Source of the DNA: Eubacteriales bacterium | GTDB lineage: Bacteria > Bacillota > Clostridia > Oscillospirales > CAG-272 | Reading direction: 5' to 3' | DNA length: 64,000 nucleotides | Assembly (NCBI GenBank): GCA_045535915.1 | Contig: JAZSMP010000347.1 | Coordinates: 24,368-88,367 of the forward strand | Shown here: positions 1-9,286 of the stretch, in pieces | Position numbering within the stretch: the first letter of the stretch is position 1 | Layout of the letters: every line of letters begins with the position of its first letter | Made by a program: the position numbers and the translations under genes | The notes under the pieces: generated by a model | What the model saw: only the letters and a program-made list of their open reading frames with translations | What the model was told of the DNA's origin: nothing | Databases searched by the model: none

Positions 1-470
1 ATTTTACATTTTGCGATCAAACCGGTGATCCTATTGCGGTCGGCGCTACTGTGTCAACTTTGCTTGATAATGTTACTCGAAAACTTTGTCTTGACAGAAA
101 AAAGCTTTCTGTGGTTGATTTGCAAGCGGGCGATATCGCATTGGAGTCGCTTGATAGAAAAATGGAACGCAATGGTAATCCGATTTTTGTAGAATCACGC
201 GAGGTCCGCCCCAGTATGACGGATGGTGTAGGCCATGTTAATAATACCAAATATGCGGATTATGTATATGATGCCATGACTATGGATGAAAGAAATCGGT
301 TGGGTAATCTATGTGGTATGGATATTTGGTTCAATTATGAACTTTGTGAAGGCGATGTGTTTTCAGTTTATAAACTTGTTCCGGATGATTCTACATTATG
401 CTTTTTCGGCATTAAAGACGGAGAAACAAGAAGTTCGTTTGATTTAAGATTAAAATTTAATTTGGAGTGA
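1..470 (+). CDS. acyl-ACP thioesterase family protein, C-terminal part (5' end lies left of the window)
   Basis: Frame 3 is open from the window edge; the tracked ORF 51..470 only begins at an internal GTG. Hotdog-fold signature RPSMTDGVGHVNNTKYADYVYD is typical of acyl-ACP thioesterases. The stop overlaps the dxs start region. Confidence 0.7.
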   Translation, partial: FTFCDQTGDPIAVGATVSTLLDNVTRKLCLDRKKLSVVDLQAGDIALESLDRKMERNGNPIFVESREVRPSMTDGVGHVNNTKYADYVYDAMTMDERNRLGNLCGMDIWFNYELCEGDVFSVYKLVPDDSTLCFFGIKDGETRSSFDLRLKFNLE

Positions 471-472
471 AA

Positions 473-2359
473 ATGATTAATAACGAATATACAATTTTAT
501 CGCAGATCAAGTCACCTGTAGATCTCAGATCACTTGATCGTGAAGATGTATGCAAATTAGCTGAAGAAATTCGTGATTGCCTTGTCAACAATGTAAGCGA
601 ATCGGGAGGTCATCTGGCATCAAATCTCGGGGTCGTGGAACTGACTCTTGCCTTGCACCGTGTCTTTGATACTCCGAATGACAAGATCGTTTGGGATGTT
701 GGGCATCAAAGTTACGTGCATAAAATGATAACCGGTAGGCTTGATGATTTTGATACCTTAAGAACGCCGGGCGGTCTTTCGGGATTCACTAAAATGTCGG
801 AGAGCGAATACGACGCTTTCGGTGCCGGTCACAGTTCGACTTCGATTTCAGCGGCATTGGGATTGGCTGAGGCATCTCATCTTGCCGGAGATGATTCGTA
901 TTCAATTGCAGTAGTCGGTGACGGTGCTTTTACAGGCGGAATGATTTATGAGGCACTGAACAATTGTGACAGAACAAAAGGAATCAAACTCATTATAGTT
1001 TTGAATGAAAACGAGATGTCGATCTCGAAAAATATCGGGTCTGTCGCAAAAACTCTCTCGAAGATCAGAAACCGCCCCGGTTATTTTAAGACAAAAGCTG
1101 TAACCCGCGGAGTTCTTAACAAGATACCGCTTATAGGCAAGCCATTGGTGTCTTTTGTTATTAAGGTTAAAAAGGCAGTTAAGAATATACTTTACGGGTC
1201 AAACTATTTTGAGAACCTTGGCTTATATTATATTGGGCCGGTTGACGGTCATGATATTTCTGCACTTGAGGACATGCTTTCCGAGGCGAGAAAATGCGAA
1301 CAGAGCGTTATTGTTCATGTCAAGACTCAAAAGGGAAGAGGTTTTGCTCCTGCAGAAGAACGTCCGGATAAGTACCATTCCGTTGCTGCCAAGGACGCGG
1401 AGCAAGCGGGCGGTTTTTCTAAAGTTTTTGGCGATATACTTTCCGAATGCGCGCAAAATGACAAAACTGTTTGCGCGATTACTGCTGCAATGGGCAGAGG
1501 TACCGGATTGGGTCAATTTGAAAAAGAATATCCCGACAGATTTTTCGATGTTGGTATAGCCGAGGAGCATGCTGTGACTTTTGCAGCAGGCCTGGCAGCA
1601 GGAAAAATCAAACCTGTTTGTGCAATATATTCCACGTTTTTGCAGAGAGCGTATGATAATATAATTCATGACGTTGCATTGCAGAATCTGCATGTTGTCT
1701 TTGCTATTGACAGAGCGGGACTGAACCAAAGCGACGGCGCAACTCATCACGGAATATTTGATGTTGCTTTCCTATCGTCTATTCCCAATATGACCATCTT
1801 CACTCCCGCAACTTACGAGTGTCTTGAAAGGTCAATACGAAGCGCGATGACGATGGATTCTCCGGTTGCTATAAGGTATCCTAATGCTGTAGAAGATGAA
1901 TTGGTTAAAGTTGCATTTTATTCTGATGAAGTTGATAGCTTTACGGTTCGTTCATTTGGTGTCAGCGACAGCACTGATAATGTAATAATCACTCACGGAA
2001 GAATGGCGAGCGTTGCTCTTGATGCAATTGCAATGCTTGAGGATGAAGGCGTAAGTGCAGGTATTTTGCTTTGTGAATTTATTAAGCCGTATGATTCTCT
2101 TGCACGTATTATCGCGGAGAAGTTGCCGGAGTATGCAAAGAATATTGTTTTCCTTGAAGAGGAAATAATGTCGGGCGGATTCGGAATGAACCTTTCGGCT
2201 GAAATGAAACGTCAGGGTATTGGTTACCGTGCAAGACATAGGTTTGTGGCTGTCGATGATAATTTTGCAATACCTGAAAAGGGTGAAAGCGTATGGCAAG
2301 CAGCAGGCGTTGATGCGCAATCAGTTTGCAATACGATCCTTTCCATGAATAATAGATAA
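473..2359 (+). CDS. dxs: 1-deoxy-D-xylulose-5-phosphate synthase
   Basis: Motifs GGHLASNLGVVELTLALH, DVGHQSYVHKMITGR and GDGAFTGGMIYEALN, plus transketolase-like C-terminal domains. ATG 473 lies 5 nt after GGAG (464-467); the GTG at 467 has no RBS. Confidence 0.95.
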   Translation: MINNEYTILSQIKSPVDLRSLDREDVCKLAEEIRDCLVNNVSESGGHLASNLGVVELTLALHRVFDTPNDKIVWDVGHQSYVHKMITGRLDDFDTLRTPGGLSGFTKMSESEYDAFGAGHSSTSISAALGLAEASHLAGDDSYSIAVVGDGAFTGGMIYEALNNCDRTKGIKLIIVLNENEMSISKNIGSVAKTLSKIRNRPGYFKTKAVTRGVLNKIPLIGKPLVSFVIKVKKAVKNILYGSNYFENLGLYYIGPVDGHDISALEDMLSEARKCEQSVIVHVKTQKGRGFAPAEERPDKYHSVAAKDAEQAGGFSKVFGDILSECAQNDKTVCAITAAMGRGTGLGQFEKEYPDRFFDVGIAEEHAVTFAAGLAAGKIKPVCAIYSTFLQRAYDNIIHDVALQNLHVVFAIDRAGLNQSDGATHHGIFDVAFLSSIPNMTIFTPATYECLERSIRSAMTMDSPVAIRYPNAVEDELVKVAFYSDEVDSFTVRSFGVSDSTDNVIITHGRMASVALDAIAMLEDEGVSAGILLCEFIKPYDSLARIIAEKLPEYAKNIVFLEEEIMSGGFGMNLSAEMKRQGIGYRARHRFVAVDDNFAIPEKGESVWQAAGVDAQSVCNTILSMNNR

Positions 2360-2360
2360 A

Positions 2361-2390
2361 AATAACGTCACCGATCTCGGTGACGTTATT
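2361..2390. terminator. bidirectional rho-independent terminator (dxs / ldh)
   Basis: AATAACGTCACCG-atct-CGGTGACGTTATT, a 13-bp perfect stem flanked by A-run and T-run. Confidence 0.85.
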
Positions 2391-2391
2391 T

Positions 2392-3348
2392 TTATACAGG
2401 GATATTAATCTTTAAATTATCCAATGTGGAATGCATAATAGATGCAGAATATAAGAGTTTTTTCGTTTCTGATTCGTCTAAAGGAATTTCAAGAATTTGT
2501 TCTATTCCGTTTGCTCCGACTACGCAAGGAACGCCGAGACAGATCCCGCTAATTCCGTATTGACCGTCAAGATAAGCAGAGACGGGAAGGATCGCGTGTT
2601 CGTCTCGTACAATAGCTGAAACGATCCGTTTTACAGCTTCTGCAATTGCGTAGTAAGTCGCACCTTTGGCATCAATGATTTTATATGCGGCATCTCGTAC
2701 CTTACAGAAAATTGAGTCGAATGTTTTGTTACTGCAATCGGCAGCACAATCGGTGCAATACGAGGAAATATCAATTCCCGAAACATTTGCGCTACTCCAG
2801 ACGGGAAGTTCACTGTCTCCGTGTTCACCAATAATAAACGTGTGAATATTACGTGCATCAACGCCGAGCTTGTTCCCCATAAGTTGTTTCAATCTGGCTG
2901 TATCCAATACGGTTCCTGAGCCTATTACTTTCCTGTGATCGAATTTGGATAGAGCTATAGTTACATAGGTGAGTATATCAACAGGATTGGTTACTACCAG
3001 AATGATGCCGCTAAAGCGTGTCGCGGATATATTATCAATGATGTTAGAAAAGACTTTTGTGTTGCGTTGAACAAGATCGATCCTTGTTTCGCCTTGCTTT
3101 TGAGATACTCCCGCGGTAATTATCACTATTCCTGCATCGTTCAGATCCTTATAGTCACCGGCATAGATATCTACGGGTGAATTGAACGGTATTCCGTGGG
3201 CTATATCTTCTGCTTCACCTTCCGCGCGTTTTTTGTCAAGATCTATAAGAATAAGTTCATTGAATAAGCCCGAAATCATCAATGTGTATGCCGTTGTGGC
3301 ACCTACGTTTCCGCAACCGATGATCGCGCATTTTTTATTATTTTGCAT
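2392..3348 (-). CDS. ldh: L-lactate dehydrogenase
   Basis: NAD-binding IIGCGNVGATTAY, substrate loop GVSQKQGETRIDL and catalytic IGEHGDSE. GGAGG RBS upstream of the ATG. Confidence 0.9.
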   Translation of the reverse strand: MQNNKKCAIIGCGNVGATTAYTLMISGLFNELILIDLDKKRAEGEAEDIAHGIPFNSPVDIYAGDYKDLNDAGIVIITAGVSQKQGETRIDLVQRNTKVFSNIIDNISATRFSGIILVVTNPVDILTYVTIALSKFDHRKVIGSGTVLDTARLKQLMGNKLGVDARNIHTFIIGEHGDSELPVWSSANVSGIDISSYCTDCAADCSNKTFDSIFCKVRDAAYKIIDAKGATYYAIAEAVKRIVSAIVRDEHAILPVSAYLDGQYGISGICLGVPCVVGANGIEQILEIPLDESETKKLLYSASIMHSTLDNLKINIPV

Positions 3349-3424
3349 TTATATACCTCCATTAGAATTACGGTATTATTATTTGCAAAATAATCAATGT
3401 AATACGCAGAAGAGCGCGGTAAAC

Positions 3425-4918
3425 TTAATTGTCGATCCAAGAGCGGGAACGGTCTACTGCCTTATGCCAATTGTAGATGTTTTCGGCACGAGTTATCTCA
3501 TCCATGTCGGGAGAAACGATAGTATCTACCGCGCGGTTAGAAATAATTTGGGATGTATCTTTGATTGCTCCGACAGCGAGCCCGGCAAGATATGCCGCAC
3601 CGAGAGCGGTAGTTTCAATACAAGTAGGTCTTAAAACGTTCTTTCCGAGAATATCTGCTTGAATTTTGAGAAGAAGATTGTTGGCAGATGCACCTCCGTC
3701 AACATTAAGGGTATTGAAATTAATACCTGCTTCTTTCTGCATCAAAGACAGTACGTCATAAGTTTGATATGCCATTGAATCGAGAACTGATCTTACGAAA
3801 TGAGCTCTTGTGGTTCCGCGTGTTAATCCCGATATTGAACCTCTTGCGTAAGGATCCCAATAAGGTGCACCGAGTCCGACAAATGCGGGAACAAAATATA
3901 CGCCGCCGCTATTAGGAACACTTGAAGCGATTTCTTCGGTTTGTGCAGCAAAGCTGACGAGCCCTAAGCCGTCTCTGAGCCACTGAACCGCAGCTCCGCA
4001 TATAAACACCGAACCTTCAAGAGCGTAATATACTTTACCGTCGATACCCCATGCAATAGTTGTAACGAGACCGTTATCTGAATATACGGGACGTTCACCT
4101 GTGTTCATAAGTAAAAATCCGCCGGTACCGTATGTATTTTTAGCTTCTCCGGGATTAAAACAACATTGACCGAAAAGTGCCGCCTGCTGGTCTCCAGCAA
4201 CACCCGCTACAGGTATTGCTCCGCCAAAAAGTTCGGGAGTTGTATATCCGAATATACCGGAGGAGGGAAGAACATCGGGCAGTATCTCTTTGGGAATATC
4301 GAATGTTCTTAAAAGAGCGTCGTCCCACTGTAGAGTATTGATATTAAATATCATTGTTCTTGATGCGTTGGAATAGTCGGTAGCATGAACTTTTTTGCCG
4401 GTTAAGTTGTATATTAACCAGGAATCTACAGTTCCAAAGCAAAGTTCTCCGCGTTTTGCACGGTCGCGCGCTCCGTCAACATGATCGAGTATCCATTTGA
4501 TCTTGGTGGCTGAAAAATAGGGGTCTATTACAAGTCCGGTTTTTTCGCGGATCATATCAGTCAAACCAAATTTTGCCAGCTGTTCGCAGTAATCGGAGGT
4601 TCTTCTGCATTGCCATACGATTGCGTTGTAAATGGGTCTTCCTGTGGCTCTGTCCCAAATAACTGTCGTTTCGCGCTGATTTGTGATTCCGATTGCCGCG
4701 ATGTCCTTGTGTGTTAATCCTGCATCTGAAACTGCTTTTTTGGCAACAGCTATCTGACTTTCCCAAATGTCGTCGGGATTATGTTCGACGTATCCTTCTT
4801 TGGGAAATATTTGTGGGAATTCCGATTGTGACATAGAAATAATTTTTCCTGCAGGAGAGAAAACTATGGCGCGTGAGCTTGTAGTGCCGGCGTCGAGAGC
4901 AAGTAAATATTTTGACAT
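3425..4918 (-). CDS. glpK: glycerol kinase
   Basis: FGGY kinase motifs ALDAGTTSSRAIVF, NQRETTVIWD and GDQQAALFGQ over a full-length 497 aa. Confidence 0.95.
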   Translation of the reverse strand: MSKYLLALDAGTTSSRAIVFSPAGKIISMSQSEFPQIFPKEGYVEHNPDDIWESQIAVAKKAVSDAGLTHKDIAAIGITNQRETTVIWDRATGRPIYNAIVWQCRRTSDYCEQLAKFGLTDMIREKTGLVIDPYFSATKIKWILDHVDGARDRAKRGELCFGTVDSWLIYNLTGKKVHATDYSNASRTMIFNINTLQWDDALLRTFDIPKEILPDVLPSSGIFGYTTPELFGGAIPVAGVAGDQQAALFGQCCFNPGEAKNTYGTGGFLLMNTGERPVYSDNGLVTTIAWGIDGKVYYALEGSVFICGAAVQWLRDGLGLVSFAAQTEEIASSVPNSGGVYFVPAFVGLGAPYWDPYARGSISGLTRGTTRAHFVRSVLDSMAYQTYDVLSLMQKEAGINFNTLNVDGGASANNLLLKIQADILGKNVLRPTCIETTALGAAYLAGLAVGAIKDTSQIISNRAVDTIVSPDMDEITRAENIYNWHKAVDRSRSWIDN

Positions 4919-4975
4919 TATAACTCCGTTCCGTTGTAAAAGTATACAACAAAATAAATCTTATATATATTTTAA

Positions 4976-5009
4976 CAAAAAATCTCCCCGGCGTCAAGCA
5001 CCGGAGAGA
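4976..5009 (-). terminator. terminator of the 5022..5801 gene
   Basis: The minus strand reads TCTCTCCGG-tgcttgacg-CCGGGGAGA followed by TTTTTTG. Confidence 0.75.
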
Positions 5010-5021
5010 AAATATATTAAA

Positions 5022-5801
5022 TTAATAGTTGTATTTTTCGATATTAATGTTTTCAAGAACGGTAATTGCAGAACAGATTGAATAGTTTGCTTTCATTGGA
5101 GACATCTTGAGGTTGATTTCGTATTCATAATTATCAATATTGAGGGATTGATTTACGTCAATAATCATGTTATTGATACAATTAATAATTTTTGTGCAAT
5201 TTCTCGCATTTCCCATCAGTTTTGAGGAAAGCTTTTCACATTCTTTTGTTGACGCGTGTGCTTGCAGTGAGGTTGAGCGACAGTCCAGAATCGCTTCGAT
5301 ATCCCGGTTTAACATTGAGGCGTAAATAGCCAGTTTGGATTCTTTGTATATTTCTCCAAAGGAAGCAGAACACGCTCGTATCTGCGCAGCGGTTTCGCTT
5401 ATAATCAATAGCGCATCACTGAATATTTTCAATTGGTTACGTATGAAATCAAGAGCTTTTAAGTATATTGAGTGTATGTCACTACTGTGGATTTCAGCCG
5501 AATAGAAAAAATAATTCTGTAAGTAACCTTTCTGTTGCCATTGATCGGTAACCTTTCTGCAAACTTCGATGACAGCGTTTTGAGCTTCAATTACAGAGAG
5601 ACACGCTTCGTCTGCGTCTGATGAAATTTGGACATAATTTAATTCAACATCAGCAAATCTACGGCAGAGATCGTTGTATGATGAATAATGGTTCATATAA
5701 TCTGAAATTGTCTCCAGCGATCTTTCGTCAAGTGGAGTTAAGCATATATTTTCTTTGTATAGTCTGGAAGCAATATTTCTCAGTGATTCGTTAGTTGACA
5801 T
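5022..5801 (-). CDS. hypothetical protein (helical-looking, 10 Cys, no family recognised)
   Basis: 259-aa ORF with GGAG 8 nt upstream of the ATG and its own hairpin plus T-run terminator (4976..5009). No motif I can place. Confidence 0.6.
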   Translation of the reverse strand: MSTNESLRNIASRLYKENICLTPLDERSLETISDYMNHYSSYNDLCRRFADVELNYVQISSDADEACLSVIEAQNAVIEVCRKVTDQWQQKGYLQNYFFYSAEIHSSDIHSIYLKALDFIRNQLKIFSDALLIISETAAQIRACSASFGEIYKESKLAIYASMLNRDIEAILDCRSTSLQAHASTKECEKLSSKLMGNARNCTKIINCINNMIIDVNQSLNIDNYEYEINLKMSPMKANYSICSAITVLENINIEKYNY

Positions 5802-5824
5802 ACAATATACTCCATGTTGTGAGA

Positions 5825-5858
5825 ATAGGGGCTGATACCTATCGGCGACAGCCCCTAT
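5825..5858 (-). terminator. GC-rich hairpin after the KH gene (weak terminator or processing site)
   Basis: ATAGGGGCTG...CAGCCCCTAT, a 10-bp stem with a 14-nt loop. No clear T-run on the minus strand. Confidence 0.4.
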
Positions 5859-5874
5859 CTGCGGACATTTCCGC

Positions 5875-6108
5875 TTATCTGATATCTACGGTTACTTTTT
5901 TGCCGGTGGAGGCAGAGGCAGCCTTAACAACGGTTCTGATCGCTTTAGCAATCTTGCCGCCTCGGCCGATAACCATACCCATTTCGTCCGGTGCAACGCT
6001 GAGCGTGAATTCAATGTTGTTACCGTTTTCGTTGCAAACTACCTTGACCTCTTCGGGAGTGTCAACGATAGCGCTGACGATGTCTACAAGAAGCTTTTCG
6101 AGATCCAT
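5875..6108 (-). CDS. khpA: KH-domain RNA-binding protein (YlqC/KhpA family)
   Basis: KH GXXG motif in MGMVIGRGGKIAKAIRTV. Sits in the conserved position directly after rpsP. Confidence 0.85.
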   Translation of the reverse strand: MDLEKLLVDIVSAIVDTPEEVKVVCNENGNNIEFTLSVAPDEMGMVIGRGGKIAKAIRTVVKAASASTGKKVTVDIR

Positions 6109-6123
6109 CTTGCACCACTTAAA

Positions 6124-6363
6124 TTAGTCGGTGATGCCGGCCTTCTTCAAAAGAGCCTTAACGGTATCGGTAGGCTGAACACCCTTGGCGAGCCAGTCCT
6201 TAGCTTTGTCAGCGTCGATTTTGATCTCGGAATTTCCAAGGGGATTGTAGTAACCGATCTCGTCGATGAAGCGGCCGCCTCTGGGGCTGCGCTCGTCAGC
6301 TACGATTACACGATAGAAGGGCTGCTTCTTTGCGCCCGCTCTGCGAAGTCTCATTTTTACCAT
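6124..6363 (-). CDS. rpsP: 30S ribosomal protein S16
   Basis: [41 protein letters not shown] is a canonical S16 N-terminus. Confidence 0.95.
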   Translation of the reverse strand: MVKMRLRRAGAKKQPFYRVIVADERSPRGGRFIDEIGYYNPLGNSEIKIDADKAKDWLAKGVQPTDTVKALLKKAGITD

Positions 6364-6413
6364 TTTGTTTTTCTCCTTTTTATGTGAAAAAATAATTTTT
6401 TATATGAATCCCG

Positions 6414-7745
6414 TCAGAAAGGGAATTTCATCTTTTTACCGCGACGTTTGCCGCCCATTGAAGCAAATTGCTTCATTAATTTTTTGACTTGTTCGAATTG
6501 CTTGAGAAGTCTGTTGACTTCCTCAACGGAAGTTCCGCTTCCGGCGGCTATTCTGCGTTTTCTGGAAGAGTTTAGGATATCCGGTTTGGCTCTCTCTTTG
6601 GGAGTCATGGATTTGATTATAGCTTCAACACGCCCCATTGCTTTTTCGTCAATTTGTGCATCCTTAAGCGCGGAGGTATTAACACCCGGCATCATACCGA
6701 GAAGCTGTTCCATGCTGCCCATATTTCGGATTTGCTCAAACTGTTCAAGGTAATCGTCGAGGGTAAAAGTCTGCTCGCGCATCTTTTTTTCGAGTTCCGC
6801 AGCCTTTTTATCATCGTAAGCGGCCTCGGCTTTTTCTATGAGTGATAGAACGTCTCCCATTCCGAGAATTCGGCTTGCCATTCTGTCAGGATGGAAAGGT
6901 TCGATGGCATCCATTTTTTCTCCGACACCTATGAATTTGATAGGTTTCCCGGTTACATATCTGACCGAAAGAGCAGCACCGCCTCGGGTATCGCCATCGA
7001 GCTTTGTGAGGATTACACCGGTTATGTCAAGAAGACCGTTGAAGTGCTCTGCAACATTAACTGAATCCTGACCGATCATTGCGTCGATTGCAAGAAGAAT
7101 TTCAATGGGATTGATCTTTTCCTTAATAGCGCGAAGTTCTTCCATCAGCACTTCGTCGATATGAAGTCTGCCGGCTGTGTCGATAAAGACCATATCGCAG
7201 AAGTTGTCCTTAGCATATTTCATACCTTCTTCTGCAATCTTAACAGGTGAAACGTTGGTGCCCATTGTAAAAACGGGAACCCCGATCTGTTCACCGAGGA
7301 TCTGAAGCTGTTTGATTGCCGCAGGACGGTAAATGTCACATGCTACAAGCAGAGGCCGTTTGCCCTGCTTTTTATACATTGCCGCAAGTTTCGCGGCATG
7401 AGTTGTTTTACCTGCACCTTGAAGACCGCACATCATAATGACGGTTGGCGGTGCAGAGGAGATTGTCAGCTTGGCCTGAGAGCCGCCCATAATAGCGGTC
7501 AACTCTTCGTTAACGATCTTGACTATCTGCTGAGCGGGAACGAGGGATTCGAGAACCTCGGAACCCACAGCGCGTTCAGTTACTTGTTTAACAAATTCAC
7601 GTACAACTTTAAAGTTGACATCGGCTTCAAGAAGGGCAAGCTTGATTTCTCGCATTCCGACTTTAACGTCCGCCTCGGTAAGTTTACCTTTGTTGCGGAA
7701 ATGTTTAAAGGCGGCTGACAGCTTATCGCTTAAGCTTTGAAACAT
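6414..7745 (-). CDS. ffh: signal recognition particle protein
   Basis: SRP54 N/G domains (GLQGAGKTTHAAKLA, DTAGRL, TKLDGDTRGGAALS) and a Met-rich M domain (MGSMEQLLGMMPG). Confidence 0.97.
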   Translation of the reverse strand: MFQSLSDKLSAAFKHFRNKGKLTEADVKVGMREIKLALLEADVNFKVVREFVKQVTERAVGSEVLESLVPAQQIVKIVNEELTAIMGGSQAKLTISSAPPTVIMMCGLQGAGKTTHAAKLAAMYKKQGKRPLLVACDIYRPAAIKQLQILGEQIGVPVFTMGTNVSPVKIAEEGMKYAKDNFCDMVFIDTAGRLHIDEVLMEELRAIKEKINPIEILLAIDAMIGQDSVNVAEHFNGLLDITGVILTKLDGDTRGGAALSVRYVTGKPIKFIGVGEKMDAIEPFHPDRMASRILGMGDVLSLIEKAEAAYDDKKAAELEKKMREQTFTLDDYLEQFEQIRNMGSMEQLLGMMPGVNTSALKDAQIDEKAMGRVEAIIKSMTPKERAKPDILNSSRKRRIAAGSGTSVEEVNRLLKQFEQVKKLMKQFASMGGKRRGKKMKFPF

Positions 7746-7766
7746 AAAATAGCCTCCTGTCGATGT

Positions 7767-8108
7767 TTAATTTTCTATGATCTGCCTGATTGCGGACAGG
7801 ATATGGAGTAGTCTGTCGGAATTCTCGTCAGAGCTTTTACGAATGATCTTTTCCGCCGAGTCTGCGCATTCGCACAGATCGCGGAACTTTCTCGCAACTC
7901 CGAGTTTCTCTTCGAAATGAAGCAGTTCATCTCCCGCTTTTTTAATAAGGTCTCGGGCACCTTGCCGCGTAATACTCAGCGCTTCGGCAATTTCGGATAA
8001 AGACATATCTTCGTTGTAATACATGTCGAGAACTGTTCTGCGGCGTTCATTGAGTAATTCGCCGTAAAAATCCAAAAGATAGCCTATTTCAAGTGACTTT
8101 TGAAACAT
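7767..8108 (-). CDS. ylxM: YlxM/UPF0122 putative DNA-binding protein
   Basis: Sigma-70 region-4-like HTH MSLSEIAEALSITRQGARDLIKKA. Immediately upstream of ffh, as in other Firmicutes. Confidence 0.85.
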   Translation of the reverse strand: MFQKSLEIGYLLDFYGELLNERRRTVLDMYYNEDMSLSEIAEALSITRQGARDLIKKAGDELLHFEEKLGVARKFRDLCECADSAEKIIRKSSDENSDRLLHILSAIRQIIEN

Positions 8109-8149
8109 ACCGATCCTCCGAATTTGCTGTAAAGTAAATTGCTTTACAG

Positions 8150-8178
8150 ATTATATCATAAAGGACTTGATTTGTCAA
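8150..8178 (-). promoter_or_regulatory. sigma-A-type promoter of ylxM-ffh-rpsP-KH
   Basis: On the minus strand, TTGACA (8178..8173), a 17-nt spacer, then TATAAT (8155..8150). A hairpin at 8127..8149 sits at the predicted 5' end of the transcript. Confidence 0.6.
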
Positions 8179-8259
8179 GAACTTTTTGTGAATTTTTGAA
8201 ATTATTTTTTGACCAAAATTATTAATTTGTATTTATTTAAATTATTATATAACATTTAC

Positions 8260-8288
8260 TTGACAAATGTTGATTTAATGGGTATAAT
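8260..8288 (+). promoter_or_regulatory. sigma-A-type promoter heading the 8321.. gene array
   Basis: TTGACA (8260-8265), a 17-nt spacer, then TATAAT (8283-8288). Confidence 0.65.
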
Positions 8289-8320
8289 TATAATGTATAA
8301 CTATATGGAGGTGTAAAACA

Positions 8321-8527
8321 ATGACAGTAACCAAGGATTCTATCATCGGCGATATTCTCGACTACGATGTAGAAACTGCACAGTTCTTCCTTGCTATCGG
8401 AATGCATTGTCTCGGCTGTCCTTGCTCTCGTGGCGAAAGCATCGAGCAGGCATGTGCGGTTCATGGAACCAATGCTGACGAACTTGTTAAGTCTATCAAC
8501 GATTTTCTTGCAAGCAAGAATAACTGA
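8321..8527 (+). CDS. DUF1858 / hybrid-cluster-protein-associated redox disulfide domain protein
   Basis: 68 aa with the family-typical MHCLGCPC...ESIEQAC. GGAGGTG RBS and a consensus promoter upstream. Confidence 0.8.
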   Translation: MTVTKDSIIGDILDYDVETAQFFLAIGMHCLGCPCSRGESIEQACAVHGTNADELVKSINDFLASKNN

Positions 8528-8584
8528 TTATCAAAGCAGCTGCCGCCAATGCGGTAGCTGCAGAAACGAAAATGGATTGTAATA

Positions 8585-9286
8585 ATGACTAAATATAAAA
8601 TTGCCGATTTGAGGCTTGCCGTATCTGCTTCATTCGGAAGAAACGGAAAAAGAGTTGCAGATATCGGTACCGATCATGCTTCGCTCCCGATCTATCTCGT
8701 CGGAAACGGTTTTTCGCCTTACGCTGTTGCATGCGATATCAATATCGGACCTCTTAATGCCGCGAAACGTAATATATCCGCTGCATCTCTTTCTGATAAA
8801 ATAGATGTGTTGCTGACAGATGGATTAAAAGGTGTGGAAACTTATACCCCTGAAGATATTTATATTCTTGGTATGGGTGGAGAATTGATCTGGCGTATTA
8901 TTGATGATTCGGAATACGCAAGATCTGCCGGCCTTCGCTTGATTTTACAGCCTATGACACATGCTCATGATTTAAGATTGGGATTATATTCAAACGGTTT
9001 TAATATTGTTGATGAAACACTTGTACGGGATCGTGACAGAGTATATCAGATCATCGCAGCCGAGTTTGATGGCATTAATCGCACGGCTTCCGATGCAGAG
9101 CTTTGGCTCGGAAAAAAGAATATAGAAAAAGGCGGGGCAGATTTATCTGAGATTGCCGCTACATATGCCAGAGCATTGAAAAAGAAAATCGACGGACGCT
9201 CGAACTTGGGAGCTGTCGATCATGACACCGAAAATTTGTATGAGCAATTCCGAGTCATAGCTGAAGCGGGGAGGGCTGAGAGATGA
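8585..9286 (+). CDS. trmK: tRNA (adenine22-N1)-methyltransferase
   Basis: SAM-binding start VADIGTDHASLPIYLV, family-typical length, and pairing with a downstream nif3 gene. Confidence 0.85.
   Translation: MTKYKIADLRLAVSASFGRNGKRVADIGTDHASLPIYLVGNGFSPYAVACDINIGPLNAAKRNISAASLSDKIDVLLTDGLKGVETYTPEDIYILGMGGELIWRIIDDSEYARSAGLRLILQPMTHAHDLRLGLYSNGFNIVDETLVRDRDRVYQIIAAEFDGINRTASDAELWLGKKNIEKGGADLSEIAATYARALKKKIDGRSNLGAVDHDTENLYEQFRVIAEAGRAER

Noticed and set aside
8541-8566. Imperfect hairpin GCAGCTGCCGC-caat-GCGGTAGCTGC after the DUF1858 gene, considered as a terminator
   Set aside because: It has one mismatch in the stem and no following T-tract, and trmK starts 18 nt later with no promoter of its own. 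It is probably not a strong terminator.
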